Shown: positions 1 to 14,685 of the stretch, one piece after another
Layout: the number at the start of each line of letters is the position of its first letter
How positions within the stretch are numbered: position 1 is the stretch's first letter
Assembly (NCBI RefSeq): GCF_009914755.1
Contig: NC_060940.1
Length of the DNA stretch: 64,000 bases
Source of the DNA: the human T2T-CHM13v2.0 reference genome, Homo sapiens
Strand: one strand, 5' to 3'
The notes under the pieces: model-generated
Database searches by the model: none
The model's input: the letters and a program-made list of their open reading frames with translations, nothing else
What the model was told of the DNA's origin: nothing
Made by a program: the position numbers and the translations under genes

Positions 1-863
1 TTAGCCAGGCGGTGGCGCACACCTGTAGTTCCAGCTACTCAGGAGACTGAGGCAGGAGAATCGCTTGAACCCAGAAAGCAGACGCTTCAGTGAGTGAAGA
101 TCACGCCACTGCACTCCAGCCTGGATAACAGAGACAAACTGTCTCAAAAAAAAAAAAAAGAAAGAAAGAAAAAGAAAGAAAGAAATTAATGCTTAAATCT
201 TCTCTTTGGTAAATTTCAAGGAGCTTTCACTTCAGAGCATATTGGCTTAGTTATTATCTACAAATCCACTTTAGTTTTACAAAGTTTCTATTTAAAATGC
301 TCCTCTGGGCACTTCGCTGTATGGCAACCTGGTGATTCAACACAGATACAACAGAAATTCTGGAACTTAGATTGGGTAGAACTGTCACTTTGGGCAGCTT
401 ATTGCTGATTACACATGTTGTATGTATGTTCTTCATGGAGGCCATTCCCAAATGCTCGTCTGAGGACGTGCTACACCAGAATCACTCTGGTCTTAGATAA
501 AAATATAGATTCCAGGGCCCCACTCCAAATCTTCTGGATCGGAATCTAGGAGTGGGGGACCAAGACTCTATGTTTTTAAGATGCTCCCCAGAATATTCTA
601 ATGTTCAGCCACAGTCAAAAACTGATGGTTGGAATATATGGTCTAATGGGCTTGGAAGGGAAGGAAAGGGAAGAACGGGTGTCTATTCCCGGATTTTTCA
701 CAGCAAAACTTGAAGATTTCCAAAAGTCTAATTCAGCAAAAATGATATTTCAAAGCAGACAACAAAAAAATGTGATGAATACACTTGTTCAGTCAAGGGC
801 ATCTAACATGCCAATTGGCCCTCTTCCCACATATTCCCAACACATTAAAAATACAGGTAAATC

Positions 864-1287
<424 letters not shown>

Positions 1288-1989
1288 TCAGCTTCTCCAG
1301 GGATGTGCCTCTCCTATCCAGTTGGTCTGAAATTCACACTTCCTTATAGCATAATGGGGATGACACCAACAATGGAACTTTCCAGATGTTCTGAAAGCTC
1401 TGTTCATGAGGTTGCCTCTCTGAGGTCATAGACTTTGGCCCGCTGAGGAGTTCCCTGGTAAAAAAGGAGAGAAAGGGAAGCTAGAGATAAGGGGACAGCA
1501 CTGGGTTTCTGCTGCGCTTTTGGCTCTGGTTCCTAGTCCCCCAGCGGTGGCCACGCTTCCTTTCCCTTGAGTGCTTCTCTCTTGGAAATTTTCCAGAAAC
1601 ACACTGAGTTCACTGCAGAGGAAAGACTGAAGCAGAGTTACACATTAATACAGAGAAGAGGGAGACTCACCCCTCCAAACAACATCCTGGCAGCCCGAAC
1701 TGTTCTCCCTCCTCCTCCCTGGACTCTTAACACTGGCAGTGCTTGTATGCAGGCGCTGGGCACAGTAACCATGTCTCAGCGTCTGTTGCTAAGGGAAGGA
1801 GGGGCCTCTGCGGTGCCTACATACAAGACTGGGCATGACCTAGCTCTGTGAGCTGGTGTCTCCCTTTGCTGGAGGCCCAGGTGGGCAGCAGGAAGTGTTG
1901 GTGACAGAAGGGAACATGGGAAGGTGTTTAGCAATGTTCCAGGAATAACAGAGGCAACAGCAATAAAAGACCTTTGGAGACGTCGAAAA

Positions 1990-2210
1990 GCACAGAGTAT
2001 GGTGGTTAAGTTCTTGGGATCTACAATTGGACAGGTCATACTTCAGATCCTACTCTTCTCATTAATTAGCTGTGTGGCTTGGCAAGTTGTTTAATCTCTC
2101 CAAGTGTCCTTTCCGTCTGTAAAATGGCAATAATGTGAGTCCCTACTTCATAGGGTTGCTTTGAAGGGTTAACGGGATAACGTGTACAGAGCGATTTGCA
2201 TATAGTAGAA
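1990..2210 (+). mobile_element. MIR
   Basis: MIR core-like text (agctgtgtggcttggcaagttgtttaatctctc...ctgtaaaatgg...cctacttcatagggttg). Boundaries approximate. Confidence 0.7.
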
Positions 2211-2241
2211 GGATAACTGATATTTTCCCAGTTTTTCCCCG

Positions 2242-2514
2242 TTTTTTTTTTTTTTTTGAGACAGAGTCTTGCTCTGTTGCCCAGGCTGCAGTGCAGTGGC
2301 GTGATCTCAGCTCACTGCAAGCTCTGCCTCCCGGGTTCACACCATTCTCCTGCCTCAGCCTCCCACCAGTGCGCCCAGCTAATTTTTTGTATTTTTAGTA
2401 GAGACGGGGTTTCACCGTGTTAGCCAGGATGGTCTCAATCTCCTGACCTCGTGATCCGCCCACCTCGGCCTCCCAAAGTGTGGGATTACAGGTGTGAGCC
2501 ACTGCGCCCAGCCC
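2242..2514 (-). mobile_element. AluY-like element with internal deletion
   Basis: AluY-type positions (gcaagctc, cgggttcac, ttagccaggatggtctc); lacks the gtagctgggactacagg segment; TSD CAGTTTTTCCCC. Confidence 0.8.
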
Positions 2515-3333
2515 AGTTTTTCCCCATTTTAACACTAAGTCCTGCATCCTGGGAGCAATCTCAGTCCTGGGCAAACTGGGATAGTTTGATCACCCAACAC
2601 AGTCAATGCTCTATAAATGTTGTGGCTAACATCAATATTACGATAAACACAGAAATACATGTGCACATACTCAAAAGTAACAATATTAGCTGCCGCCCGA
2701 ATATTAAAAGCACATGTTCCATGGTCACTGTGAAGTTCTCTCAAAACCAAGTTAGACTTAATGAGTTTTTTGGGGGTGCCATGCTTGCATATCTTTTTTT
2801 TTCATTCAATTTCCCCCCAAACACCACGATATTCCCATTTTAAGGATAAGGAATCAAAACTGAGAGATATGGGCCAGGTATGGTGGTTCATGCCTGTAAT
2901 CCCAGCACTCTGAAAGGCTGAGGTGGATGGATCACTTGAGGTCAGGAGTTTGAGACCAGCTTGGCCAACATAGTGAAACCCCATCTCTACTAAAAATACA
3001 AAATTAGCCGGGCATGGTGGTAGTCGCCTGTAATCCCAGCTACTTGGGGGGCTGAGGCAGGAGAATCGCTTGAACCTGGGAGGGAGGTTGCAGTGAGCAC
3101 AGATCATGCCACTGCACCCCAGCCTGGGCAACAAGAGCGAAACTCCATCTCAAAAAAAAAGAAAAACAAACAAAAAAACTGAGAGATACATAACTTTCCT
3201 AAGTCGACTTGACTCATAAGTAGCACTGATACAATTGGAACCTGCCCTGATGACCCCGAGTCCACTGCTCTTTCCATAACCTACCTGTCCAGAACACAAA
3301 CATTCCCGAGTTCCTATGAAAAGCATTGCATAG

Positions 3334-4749
3334 TGAGAGGTGACAGCGTGCTGGCAGTCCTCACAGCCCTCGCTCGCTCTCGGCGCCTCCTCTGCCTGGG
3401 CTCCCACTTTGGCGGCACTTGAGGAGCCCTTCAGCCCACCGCTGCACTGTGAGAGCTCCTTTCTGGGCTGGGCAAGGCCGGAGCCGGCTCCCTCAGCTTG
3501 CAGGCAGGTGTGGAGGGAGAGGCGCGAGCGGGAACCCGGGCTGCGCACGGCGCTTGCGGGCCAGCTGGAGTTCCGGGTGGGCGTGGGCTTGGCGGGCCCC
3601 GCACTGGGAGCAGCCGGCTGGCCCTGCCGGCCCCGGGCAATGAGGGGCTTAGCACCCCGGCCAGCGGCTGCGGAGGGTGTACTGGGTCCCCCAGCAGTGC
3701 TAGCCCACCGGCGCTGCGCTCCATTTCTCACCGGGCCTTAGCTGCCTTCCCGCGGGGCAGGGCTCGGGACTTGCAGCCCGCCATGCCTGAGCCTCCCACC
3801 CCCTCCGTGGGCTCCTGTGCTGCCCGAGCCTCCCCGACGAGCGCCACCCCCGGCTCCACGGCGCCCAGTCCCACCGACCACCCAAGGGCTGAGGAGTGCG
3901 GGCCCACGGCGCGGGACTGGCAGGCAGCTCCACCTGCAGCCCCGGTGCAGGAGCCACTGGGTGAAGCCAGCTGGGCTCCTGAGTCTGATGGGGACGTGGA
4001 GAACCTTTATGGCTAGCTCAGGGATTGTAAATACACCAATCAGCACCCTGAGTCTAACTCAGGGTTTGTGAATGCACCAATCGACACTCTGTATCTAGCT
4101 GCTCTGGTGGGACCTTGGAGAACCTTTATGTCTAGCTTGGGGATTGTAAATACACCAATCAGCACTCTGTATCTAGCTCAAGGTTTGTAAACACACCAAT
4201 CAGCACCCTGTGTCTAGCTCAGGGTCTGTGAATGCACCAATCCACACTCTGTATCTAGCTATTCTGGTGGGGCCTTGGAGAACCTTTGTGTGGACACTCT
4301 GTGTCTAGCTAATCTGGTGGGGACTTGGAGAACCTTTGTGTCTAGCTCAGGGATTGTAAACGCACCAATCAGCACCCTGTCAAAACAGACCACTAGGCTC
4401 TACCAATCAGCAGGATGTGGGTGGGGCCAGATAAGAGCATAAAAGCAGGCTGCCCGGGCCAGCAGTGGCAAGCCGCTTGATCCCCTTCTACAACGTGGAA
4501 GGTTTGTTCTTTCACTGTTTGGGTTCATGCCGCCTTAATAGCTGTAACACTCACGGTGAAGGTCTGCAGCTTCACTCCTGCGCCAGCGAGACCAGAAACC
4601 CACCAGAAAGAAGAAACTCCGAACACATCCGAACATCAGAAGGAACAAACTCCAGACGCGCTACCTTAAGAGCTGTAACACTCACCGCGAGGGCCCACGG
4701 CTTCATTCTTGAAGTCAGTGAGACCAAGAACCTACGAATTCCAGACACA
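3334..4749 (+). mobile_element. Solo LTR12 (LTR12C-like, HERV9/ERV9) LTR, full length
   Basis: Starts TGAGAGGTGACAGCGTGCTGGCAG, ends ...CAGACACA; 4-bp TSD ATAG (3330-3333 / 4750-4753); CpG-rich 5' part; tandem repeats with 7 CCAAT motifs; AGATAAG..ATAAAA core at about 4429-4444. Confidence 0.93.
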
Positions 4750-5040
4750 ATAGAACCAAGTACTTCCATTTTCCCCCTTTTTCTACTCCTTTTCCTCAAA
4801 GTTGGGCTTTCCATCCTCTCAAAATAACCCTGAGCTTTTCCATCTCTTATATTATGCTCTTTATCACAAAGTATACGTACGGTTTCAAATAGCATTTGGA
4901 ATAATTGAGACAGTGGGAGAGCTGGAGACTCTGGTTTAGACGGAAATGGGAAGATTATCAGGTCTCCTATACTGGGTGTGAAACCTCATGTCCCACCAAA
5001 AACAGCAACTGTAATCCAATGAAGTGAAAAATTAGAATGG

Positions 5041-5337
<297 letters not shown>

Positions 5338-5753
5338 TTAGAATGGTCCTGATGTGGAGCTAATGGACCCTATGGCCTGTGTGTGAGTAGGAGGTATGCT
5401 ACCATCTGAAATTTAGTGTGTTTTAAGTCTACTAGTGTTTAAAACTATCAAAACAATACTAATGGCTTTCGCTTATTGAGCATATACTATGCCCTGGGAC
5501 TGCTGCTAGGCACTTAGTAGACATCATGTCTTTGAATCTTCTCAACAACCTAGAATATAAATATCAGTATTTTCACAAGTTTTATGATTGAGGAAACTGA
5601 TACATTAAACTAACCTGCCCATAGTCACACAGCTAGGTCATCAGGAAAGCTTGAACTTGGTTATGAAATCTGTTCCATGGCTTCAACCGAAAACCTACAT
5701 GTAATCTGAGGAAAGGTGGAAAATAAAGTATCTGCCAAAGAGAGTGAAAGTGA

Positions 5754-6020
<267 letters not shown>

Positions 6021-6180
6021 TAACACACCTGGCTTATTTTTGTATTTTTAGTAGAGATGGGGTTTTGCCATGTTGGCCAGCCTGGTCTCGAACCCCTGAC
6101 CTCAAGTGATCTGCCCACCTCCGCCTCCCAAAGTGCTGGGATTCAGGCATGAGCCACCATGCCCGGCCTTGTTTCTCAAT

Positions 6181-6695
<515 letters not shown>

Positions 6696-6838
6696 ATGGG
6701 GAGCAGAGGTCAGCAAGGTTCCAAGTTGCCCCTGCCTCTTGTTATCAAGAGTTTAGGGTCTTAATCTGTTGCTAAAAAAATTTCACACATTTCTTATTCA
6801 GAGGCTGGTATTCCTGGCAGCTCATTCCTGAGGCCTAA

Positions 6839-7581
<743 letters not shown>

Positions 7582-7913
7582 GCAAGTAATTGGGAAAGCA
7601 TAGGAGAGGCTGCGCGTGGATTTTTTTAACCCAACCACTGCATGTTCCTTGAGGGCCAAGTCCTGATGCTATGGAGAGATGCTAGGATCCCAGCCCTGGA
7701 GGAACACATGATGTGATGGAGGAAGCATCTATCACACAAAGACAAGCAAAACTCTGCTGGCCCAGCCAAAAATGCCAGAGGTGGAAGGAATTCGAAGATT
7801 CACAGAGACGCCCCTAGATGGCACTCTTAAACAAAAATCCCAGTGGAAACCCTAACAGCTTTCCAAAGCAACTTCCATTTAGGGAATGATGATTGGAAGG
7901 CTGTAATCTAAGG

Positions 7914-7915
<2 letters not shown>

Positions 7916-7950
<35 letters not shown>
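7916..7950. repeat. (CA)n microsatellite
   Basis: Uninterrupted CA run of about 17 units. Confidence 0.95.
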
Positions 7951-7953
<3 letters not shown>

Positions 7954-8193
7954 TTTTCCTGGGTGGGGAACCCAGCATTTTGCAGCTGAACAAAGTGCAT
8001 GACGCCAGACAAGATTGGCTAAAACTTAAGAATTTAGGGATTCTTGTCTGTCCTATCCCCACCATTAGCTCTTCTTTCTGCTATTGTGGAATTACAGCAG
8101 GATTCTGTGGTTTATCATATCATTGTCGTGATCATCATCATAAATCATCATCCCAAGCAAATATTTTTGAGCCCCTACTCTGTGCCTCAATAG

Positions 8194-8694
<501 letters not shown>

Positions 8695-8765
8695 TAATTT
8701 ATGGTTGAAGCCATGGTTCAGAGAGGTTACTTAGTCACACAGTAAGTTGCCATCATGCTCTATAG

Positions 8766-8971
8766 CAGTGGTTCTCACCTCGGGACGATGGGGCCTTCCA
8801 GGGGACATTTGGCAATATTTTGAGACACAACTGGAGGTGGGGGGGGGGCGGTTCTTGTAACTGGCATCTAATGGGTAGAGGCTAGGATATTGCTAAACAT
8901 TCTACAATCCACAGCTCAGAAACAGAATTATTCCGCCCCAAATGTCAATAGCATACTATTCAGAAACCTTA
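8766..8971. mobile_element. MER20 (hAT-Charlie) with intact 8-bp TSD
   Basis: cagtggttctca...ggggacatttggcaat...ccccaaatgtcaatag...gaaacc; TSD CTCTATAG at 8758-8765 and 8972-8979. Confidence 0.8.
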
Positions 8972-9409
8972 CTCTATAGGGCAGATTTGGGGCCAGGGGA
9001 AACAGGGGCTCCTGCTCCGACTTGGATCCATGCAAACCGAGGAATTTGGATTGATTTATCTTGTCTCTCCCAGCCTGGACTTTTTCATGTGTAAAATGGA
9101 CATCCAATCCATCTGAAAGGATCTCACTGGCTTATGACATTCGCATTTGAGCAGTCATGGTTAAAAACTTCCAGCCAGGGTGATACTTCATCACGTGTGT
9201 GTCTTGAGCGCCAGAGACGTTCCAGAGCAGCTGGTTTTAGGCATACAGGAGGGGAAACCCTGACACCCTTGGAAAACTCATTCTCGGCTGCCAGTCTGCC
9301 TGTCTTGAAGGTGGTCTGAGCTTTCTCACTCCAAGCCAGTCGTGTGGGAAGGGACACTCTCTGAGCCTCAGTTTCCTCAGCTGTCAACCTCTCAGGGCTT
9401 GTTCTAGTG

Positions 9410-9875
9410 GCTCCGAAAGCCAGTGGGAGCAAGCGCGCTTTGCAAAGCCTTGGGCGCCGGGCCTTGGCGCGCCTTTGCCGGATCCTTCCGGCCACGGGCG
9501 GGGCGAGCCCAGAGGAGAAGAGCCGAGGGGCGGTGCCCGGGCCAGGGGGCGGAGGCAGGCGGCTCTGGCTCCCTCTCGGGACGCTCTTTCCTTCTTCCTC
9601 TTGTTCCTCCTCCTGCCTCTCTTCGCTTCGCCTGCAAACGCGGTGGGGGCTGCTCGGCGGTCAGGAGCAGGTGAGAGCTCGGAGCTTGGGGGTGGGGGTC
9701 CGGGTGCCCCGGGTGGCTAGACCCCTCTCGCCGGGCGGGGACAGAGGAGGAGCGCGGGGGCGACGGCGTGAGCGCGCTATCGGGGTCCCACGCCCGTAGC
9801 TTTCTGCCCCGGGGTTAGTGTAAGGGGCGTCTCCTGCTTGTGAGTCGCCGGGACGGGGCTGGGAGCGCACGAGGA
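9410..9875. promoter_or_regulatory. CpG island / LDAF1 promoter with GC boxes
   Basis: High CpG density, several GGGCGG (Sp/KLF) boxes at about 9496-9555, no TATA; surrounds LDAF1 exon 1. Boundaries approximate. Confidence 0.8.
9560..9670 (+). other. LDAF1: LDAF1 non-coding exon 1 (5' boundary uncertain)
   Basis: Pyrimidine-rich leader in the CpG island ending in a consensus donor CAG|GTGAGA (GT at 9671). Confidence 0.7.
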
Positions 9876-10248
9876 GACACGATTCCTCCCCACCCCTAAA
9901 TGCACACTCACCCCGCCACCCCCCAACACACACACACATACACACACACACTACCACTAGATTAGGTAAAATGGTAGCTAGCACCACCACACCCCGAGAC
10001 TGTGCCCCTTTCTGGGGAACCTGGGGAAGACGTCGAGGCAAACCTCCCTAGGATTATTGAAAACGGGCGCCTTCCTCACCACCCAGCCCCTCTTCTCCAC
10101 CGAGGTCCCCTTCCCCATCGCTGCAGAGAGATCTGCAAGTATCAAAGGGGGCTTCTTTACCCCCAAATTAATAACTAAGTACTCGACTCCCCTCTGAGTT
10201 CCCATTATTCAGTCTCTGTGCCTTCTGGGACGCGGACCCCCTCTCCAC

Positions 10249-10365
10249 CTGCATTTCACTCCCTTCCTCCTCTCCTTGGGTCTCCCTGGCTTTTGAACGC
10301 TGAAAGGCTGGGCCCGGATGGGGAGGGGCGGCCAGTGTGAGCTCGAGGCGCCCTGTAGCTCCCAT
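10249..10365 (-). CDS. DNAH3: DNAH3 (dynein axonemal heavy chain 3) distal first coding exon, 39 codons
   Basis: Encodes MGATGRLELTLAAPPHPGPAFQRSKARETQGEEEGSEMQ, which I recognise as the N-terminus of human DNAH3. Ends phase 0 at CAG|GTGGAG (GT 10248-10247). The next exon is not in the window. Confidence 0.9.
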
Positions 10366-10720
10366 CCCCCAACCAGAGATGTGACCCCTCCTCCCAGCTT
10401 GAACTTTCGAGGTAGCCGTTTTCCCCTGGAGGTTCGGGGGTGGGAGGGCCAGGAGATTTATTTGGAGCCTTGGAAGGGGAAAGGGTTAGCTGGTGTTGGC
10501 CTGGCCCAGTCCCCCAGGCGTGAAGAAGGCGGGGCACTCCTTGGCCGCGCCGGGTTCTCGCTTTCCCTTCTCGGGAGACAGCTCCGTGCCTGGGGAGGCC
10601 CCTCCGAGGAGTGAGTGACCAGGGGGTCTGGGAATTGGTGGCCAGGTAGACGCATTTGAAGGCTGTGGCCGATGGCATTCGCCCCACGCACTCTCTCATC
10701 GGACTCCCCAAACCGGTCTG
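10300..10720. promoter_or_regulatory. Second CpG-rich segment, presumed DNAH3 distal promoter
   Basis: CpG-rich with a GGCGGGG box near 10528-10534, immediately upstream (on - strand) of the DNAH3 ATG at 10365. Boundaries approximate. Confidence 0.55.
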
Positions 10721-12027
10721 GGTGGCACTTGAGGCTCCCAGGCCAAAGGAGACCTGTAAGGGGAACTCCGCTTGTTTCTGCTTGCTGCAGAGATGAGATT
10801 ATGGGAACTGAGTGCTGGGAACATCCCAAGTTCAAGACCTACGCCAGAGGCAGCTTCAAAGAGAGAATGTGGGGTGGTGGGATTAGTCCCCTCCTCAACT
10901 TTCCCCTCCAAAGGGTTTCTTGTTTTACAAAAGGGAAGTAGCAGAGGATGTCTAGCTGGGATGATTAAAATGTGCTTTAATTTGCATACTAGACCCTGTA
11001 CAGCTTAGTAGTAGATAAAATTACCCCCTATATGATAAATAAATGTGAGGATCTCTCAGTTAATTTTGGCCACGTGGACACAATCTTTTAAGCATTTGTA
11101 CTGTAGGTCAGGAGGTCAGTTTAAAGGGAGAAATGGAAAAGATATCTCTGTGTCCAGCCAGTTCTGGGAAATATAAAATAAGAATGATTTTTTTTTTATA
11201 TTTGAAAACTCAACAAGGGTTAAAAAATATATCTAATTTAACCAATTGCCTTTATTAAAAATAAGTAAAAATTGTATGAGATTGGGACACCCCTCAAAAT
11301 TCCAGGCAGTTTAGTTAGAGTATAATTACTGTGGTGAGGTCTGCCCCCGAGGTGCAGTTCTCCTTAGCAGGGATAGACTTACCCACAAGTAAGTAGATGA
11401 TGATGTATGGAATGATGGAATTGGGAGCCAACCTGTACAGTAATAAAGAAGAGAAACAGGTCAAGGCTACTGTTGTACAAGGAAAGCTTTCTAGGGAGAA
11501 TAAAAGGCAATGAGATTTGAAATAGTGTGTTCAGCTTTCTTGCTTTCTGTATATTTTCAGCATTTTGTCAAGCTAAAAAATAAACATAAGCTGTCAGAGA
11601 TAATACTATTAACATTTTATCATCTTTTTTTAAAAGTATCATACACATCTTTTCACATCACTAAACAGTCACACTATCATTTTAATGACTGAATTTATCA
11701 TTATTTAACCAATTTTCTCCTAATGGAAATACAGTTAGCTACTTTCCAATGTTTTGCTAGTCATTATATGTTATAAACAGGGATGCAATGCACAGCCTTT
11801 TAGTACATTTTGAGATACCTGTTGGATTATTTCCATCATGTTCCTGGAATATAAATTCCTGGATTGAAGTGTGTGCAATCTGAAATTGTTGTGAATATTG
11901 CCAGGTTACCCTCCGTCTGCATGCCCACCATCAAGGTATGAGGATGGTAGAAGCTCTCGTCGAACCAGATGGATGAAGACCACTAACGGCTTTTGTTTCC
12001 TCTGGTAACAGCAAGAGACAGAGCGAC

Positions 12028-12087
12028 ATGAGAGATTGGACCGCGGGCTGCACTGGAGAATTTACTGGTAGGATAATTCATCCCTAA
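12028..12087 (+). CDS. Upstream ORF (19 aa, [19 protein letters not shown]) in LDAF1 exon 2 5'UTR
   Basis: ATG 12028 (G at -3), TAA 12085-12087. Lies inside the exon starting at 12012 (branch point CACTAAC about 11981-11987, AG 12010-12011); stops 22 nt before the main ATG. Confidence 0.55.
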   Translation: MRDWTAGCTGEFTGRIIHP

Positions 12088-12109
12088 AGAGATTGAAGTG
12101 AGCTTCAGA

Positions 12110-12205
12110 ATGGCAAAAGAGGAGCCCCAGAGTATCTCAAGGGACTTGCAGGAACTGCAGAAGAAGCTGTCTCTGCTGATAGACTCCTTCCAGAATAACT
12201 CAAAG
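12110..12205 (+). CDS. LDAF1: LDAF1 (lipid droplet assembly factor 1 / promethin / TMEM159) coding exon 1
   Basis: agaATGG Kozak; [32 protein letters not shown]; donor AAG|GTCAGT, phase 0. Confidence 0.95.
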
Positions 12206-12704
12206 GTCAGTTTCCAATCACTATGTATAATGGAAAATCCCAATATAACACTAGCATAAACAAGATAGAAAGTTATTTCTTTCTCCAGTAGAAGGAATTT
12301 GGAGGTAAGTCAAGAATCTTTCTGGCTTACCGCCCTGCCATGTCTATGCTGTGACCTTCAAACTCCTTGTCTGAGATGACTGCAAGAGCATCAGCCATTG
12401 TATCCATCTTTCAGGCAACAGGATTTGAGGAGGGGGGAAGAGAGAAGTGCAAGCCACCTACAATTTAAGGAGACTTCTGGGAGTCGCACACAATACTTCC
12501 AATTACATCCCTTAAGCCAACATTGAGTCATTTGCCACTAATGGCAAATGCAATTCTTTAGCTGGATAAAGAAGTCTGTGCAACAGATATCATCCTTTTT
12601 TTGGTTTTGTTTGGTTTTGTTGTGAATTTTGCCCTATCTGTTACCCTGAAAATGAGAGACAAAAGCCTACTTCAAGATTTGAGTTCATTGTTCCACTAGG
12701 AATC

Positions 12705-13310
<606 letters not shown>

Positions 13311-13741
13311 AATGAGACTTCAGATAGCGTATGTTTTCTTGCATATTTATCCTTATTGCTTTCTTCTATATGTCTTTCAGCATTTTGTCAGGGAAAAGAA
13401 AACAGCTTTCAGAGATAATACTGTTAACATTTTGTATGTCATTCTAGACCTTTTTTCTATGCAATATACCTATAAAAATACATATGTATATGTAACAAAA
13501 TGAACTATTTTGTGGTGTATTTTTTTTTGTATTGGATAGCACAGTGGGTCTACTCGAAGAGATGCTTGTTTGCAATCTACAACAATAAATTCTGGACTTG
13601 CTCCAGAATTTATTTGGCACTCTTTGTGGATTTACCAAGCTATTTTTAAATTGGACAAGCAGCTTTCTCGCCAGCTGGCGGGGACTCTTGTTATTAAAAG
13701 TTAGCTCAGTAAGAAGGGTCCTCCTGCCTGTTCCACATTTA

Positions 13742-14685
<944 letters not shown>

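Noticed and set aside
4010-4410. Repeat array with spacer-like variation (CRISPR-like appearance)
   Set aside because: It is the known CCAAT-containing tandem enhancer of LTR12; human DNA, no cas genes.
3150-4895. Multiple overlapping ORFs of 100-190 aa on both strands
   Set aside because: All lie in the GC-rich LTR12; stop-poor composition, no protein family similarity.
9124-10041. Several 80-130 aa Arg/Gly/Pro-rich ORFs
   Set aside because: CpG-island artefacts, mostly non-ATG starts; only the DNAH3 exon nearby is recognisable.
11905-11935. Possible micro-exon (CAG|GTTACC...AAG|GTATGA) upstream of LDAF1 exon 2
   Set aside because: The acceptor lacks a pyrimidine tract and the implied intron is very short; not supportable without RNA data.
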